DNA from: Raillietiella orientalis | Taxonomy: Eukaryota | DNA: 64,000 nucleotides | Direction of reading: 5' to 3' | NCBI GenBank assembly: GCA_036172245.1 | Contig: JAYWIR010000013.1 | Location: 3,844,001-3,908,000, forward strand | Shown: positions 61,201 through 64,000 of the stretch, in pieces | Layout of the letters: the number at the start of each line of letters is the position of its first letter | Numbering within the stretch: the first letter of the stretch is position 1 | Position numbers and translations under genes: made by a program | The notes under the pieces: model-generated | Databases searched by the model: none | Seen by the model: the letters and a program-made list of their open reading frames with translations, nothing else | Told to the model about the DNA's origin: nothing

Positions 61201-63272
61201 GCGCTTTCCTTGTCGGCTCTCCCCCGCAGGCTGCGGGGCTGGGGTGCCGAAGAGGGGAAACCCGTTCAAGCCAGCTTGCGTTCAAGGGCGTTCTTCAGTT
61301 TCTCTTTCGACATAGCGTTTGGTTGCAAGCAGCATCCCGTTCCATCGCAATCATCTCCTCCACTGGTGCCACGAGCGACTCTCTCTGAACGTTTCCAACG
61401 GTCGGATCGTCGCTCTCCCGGAAGTTTTCTCGGCGCTCCCGTAGAAACCCCGCGATTTCCCGATGCGACGAATCAGAAGGCGTGCAAGCGGATGCCCTCC
61501 AACGAGAACTTGGGAGCGGGCAGCCTGCAGAAGCGAAAGATCGGTACTGCGATCGAAGGCAGCGGCTTCCTCCCGGTTCGCGCGCGAACCAATAAACTCG
61601 CGAAGAGCCCGTTTCCCGGAGGAAGCTGCGTCTCAGATGCGAGATCCGGAACCCGGCTCGCATCGAAGAAAGGTGCGCAGTGATTCAGGCACCGGCTGTG
61701 ATCCCGCAAAGAGGCTGGCAGGAAACCAGGAAGATTTGACGACGCCCTCTGCTAAAGATGTCGATGACCTTTACGATGCGCTGAACTCTTGGTGTTCCGG
61801 ACAAGTCAGAATTTTAAAAGACCGCTAATGGACCACTCGCTCCGTTATTCACTCCTCTTCAGGATGACTAGCGCATCCTGGAAACGAAAGGGTAGAACGG
61901 AAAAGGAATGGCGCTTGCCGTATGGATATTCGTTGCCACGGCAAGTAGGGTGTGAAAATTCTTTGGAGGGATTGCCGGCCCGATGGAGGAGCTGCTTGTT
62001 GCTCCTGATCCCCGAAGTACCAAGGAAAGAGTCCAGCGAGCAGCTGTCGAGGTGTCATCCGCGATTCTTTTATTCCACGATCAGGAAGAACGGTGCCCTC
62101 AACTCGGAGCAGTGACTCTCTTCTGGAAGGTTCCGCAGGCCATCATCGTTGAAGATCCCTTCCAGAAGAGCGGCCTTTGACCTCGCTCCGTCAGAAGTTG
62201 TGTTTCAGGTGGCGACTCATTCTAAAAAAGGACGGAGATCCTTTGCTTTGGAAGTGGTCGACTGCTCAAGAGTCACGTGGAAGAACCGTCTTAAGCGTGC
62301 AGCCTGGAGGAGGAAGAAGGGGGGAGGAGAAAACTGCCTCCTTGTGCGTGTCTTGTTGAAAGAGCTGGTCCGCCGCCTTCGCAGCGGCAGCACGATGCAG
62401 CCACGTCTGGGGGATGGGATGGGGAGGCGCTCGCGTTTTCGGAATTTCTCCTCTATCCTCCGATGCTTGTGAGAAGCCAAGAGCAGCATGGGATGCTGCG
62501 AACTTTGTTCTCGGAAGTCCCGATGCGTTCCCCCCGAATGCCCGTCGAGCGGGAAGCCGCCCGACGGCCTTCCGTGCATGCAGGTGCGACGCAGGAAGCC
62601 TGGAGAGCTGATCAGCGGGAGCAGCGCTGTCGATGCAGAGAGCAAGCCGGTTTTGCTCATCTTTGGTGTTCCCACCCGCCCACCCCATTCCGGCCACGCG
62701 ACCGAAAGGAGGACCACCGGCTCGCAAATCGGGATTGCTTCCCGGAGGAGGGAGGCGCTCGCCTTCCAAGAGTTCCTCCGCGTCTTTCCGGGCAGTACCG
62801 AGAAAGACCAGAAAGAAGGGCACGATTTGCATTTTCTGTAACAAGCTGCGCAGGTTCCCCGCGCTCCGGTCACGAATTCTTGGTTAACCTTATGGACCGG
62901 AAAGTGGTCGTGGTCCAAAGAAATCCGTGTTATCAAAATAAATCTCCTCCCCCCCTCCCCCCCTGCTTTCCATTCGGCGTGAAAGAATCCGCACAGCCAA
63001 GTCCGGCAGACTTCCGCCATTCTTCCGATGTTTTTTTTTTGCGTGTGTTCCTTTGCCCGTGGCGCTTTCGGCCGCTTCGATTTCGGTTCCTGCAGCCTCC
63101 TCCATCAGGCATAGCGCCCGGGTTCTCCCTGGCTCTCCTTTCTTCTTGCAGACGTGAAACACGAGCGCTCGTGTGTTTGGAAACCCAAAGCTATCGAATT
63201 CCCAGCGCAGGGCATCACGTTCGCCTTATTAATGGACTCACGTGTAGGCCGCAGGGCATCCCGACCTCTCGC

Positions 63273-63303
63273 GTGTGTGTGTGTGTATGTGTTTGTGTAT
63301 GTG
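63273..63303. repeat. Imperfect (GT)n microsatellite
   Basis: Direct reading. Confidence 0.9.
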
Positions 63304-64000
63304 CTTTTCAGCTCGGCGGTGGAGTCCGGAGGTGACGGAGAAGAAGGCTGCCCCTCCAGGAATCCAAAAGGAGTGAAGGAGGAGGGCCGAGGAGTGACTT
63401 TCGGGCTCGGACGCTGTTGCCGCAATAGCCAGGGGTCGACGGTCGGTCCGAGCTCACTCCTGGGGATCCGGCTGGCACCGAGTATTCGCTGGAAAAGGGA
63501 TGTTTTTTTTTTCGTGTGTGTGTTTTCCCGGGGTGCGAACGCGCACGTTTGCGAGCCTGCGTGCCGGGGCGGGGTCAATTGGAACGCGAGTGCTGCGACC
63601 CGACCTTGCTGCTGCTGCCCATCACCGCTGCCGATGGCTCCCGTCATTTCGCCTGGTTTCGGACTTGCAAAGGTCCATTCGAAAAAAAAAAAAAAAAAAA
63701 AAAAACGAGAGAAAAAACGGATGCGGGAATCTGAGGGTTGCAAAATCCTTCAGGATTCGTTTGGCTTCTCCTGTGGCTTTTCAGGTCAGGATGTGGGTCG
63801 ATCCTCTCTCTCCCCACATGGAGGGAGAAAGCGAAGGGAATGGGGGAATTCGTCCCCGTTTCATTCCTGTGTCCTTGCTGCGGAATGACAATTTTAATCT
63901 CGTCCGAATGAGGGACACCCCTCCGCCCCCACTCCACCCTCTTCTTCCTCCACCGCAGCTGCTATTCGGATCGGCCACGGAGTCCGCTTCCAGATTACCT

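Overview
Eukaryotic (probably protist-type) genomic DNA, gene-poor and dominated by decayed repeats and homopolymer tracts; the organism cannot be identified from this window. Only one intact gene is supportable: a TRM7/FTSJ1-type tRNA 2'-O-ribose methyltransferase (9204-10265, +, two 42-nt GT-AG introns, 325 aa). Almost all other ORFs in the track look spurious. The most unusual object is a ~1 kb element (57151-~58151, +) with a tRNA-like Pol III head (A and B boxes), a body made of about 14 bulged stem-loops that share structure rather than sequence and are separated by short variable linkers, an A-rich tail and a T7 run. Two partial, diverged copies (35876-36411 and 24510-24786) keep the unit order but have lost whole units. 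Also present: a ~99% identical 432-bp inverted repeat pair, two diverged direct-repeat pairs ~1.8 kb apart (one with a synonymous-substitution signature of a lost protein family), weak remnants of a Penelope-like retroelement and of ankyrin- and WD40-like genes, several closed fold-back modules (one with RNase P/MRP-like motifs) and perfect palindromes. All alignments and folds were done by eye.
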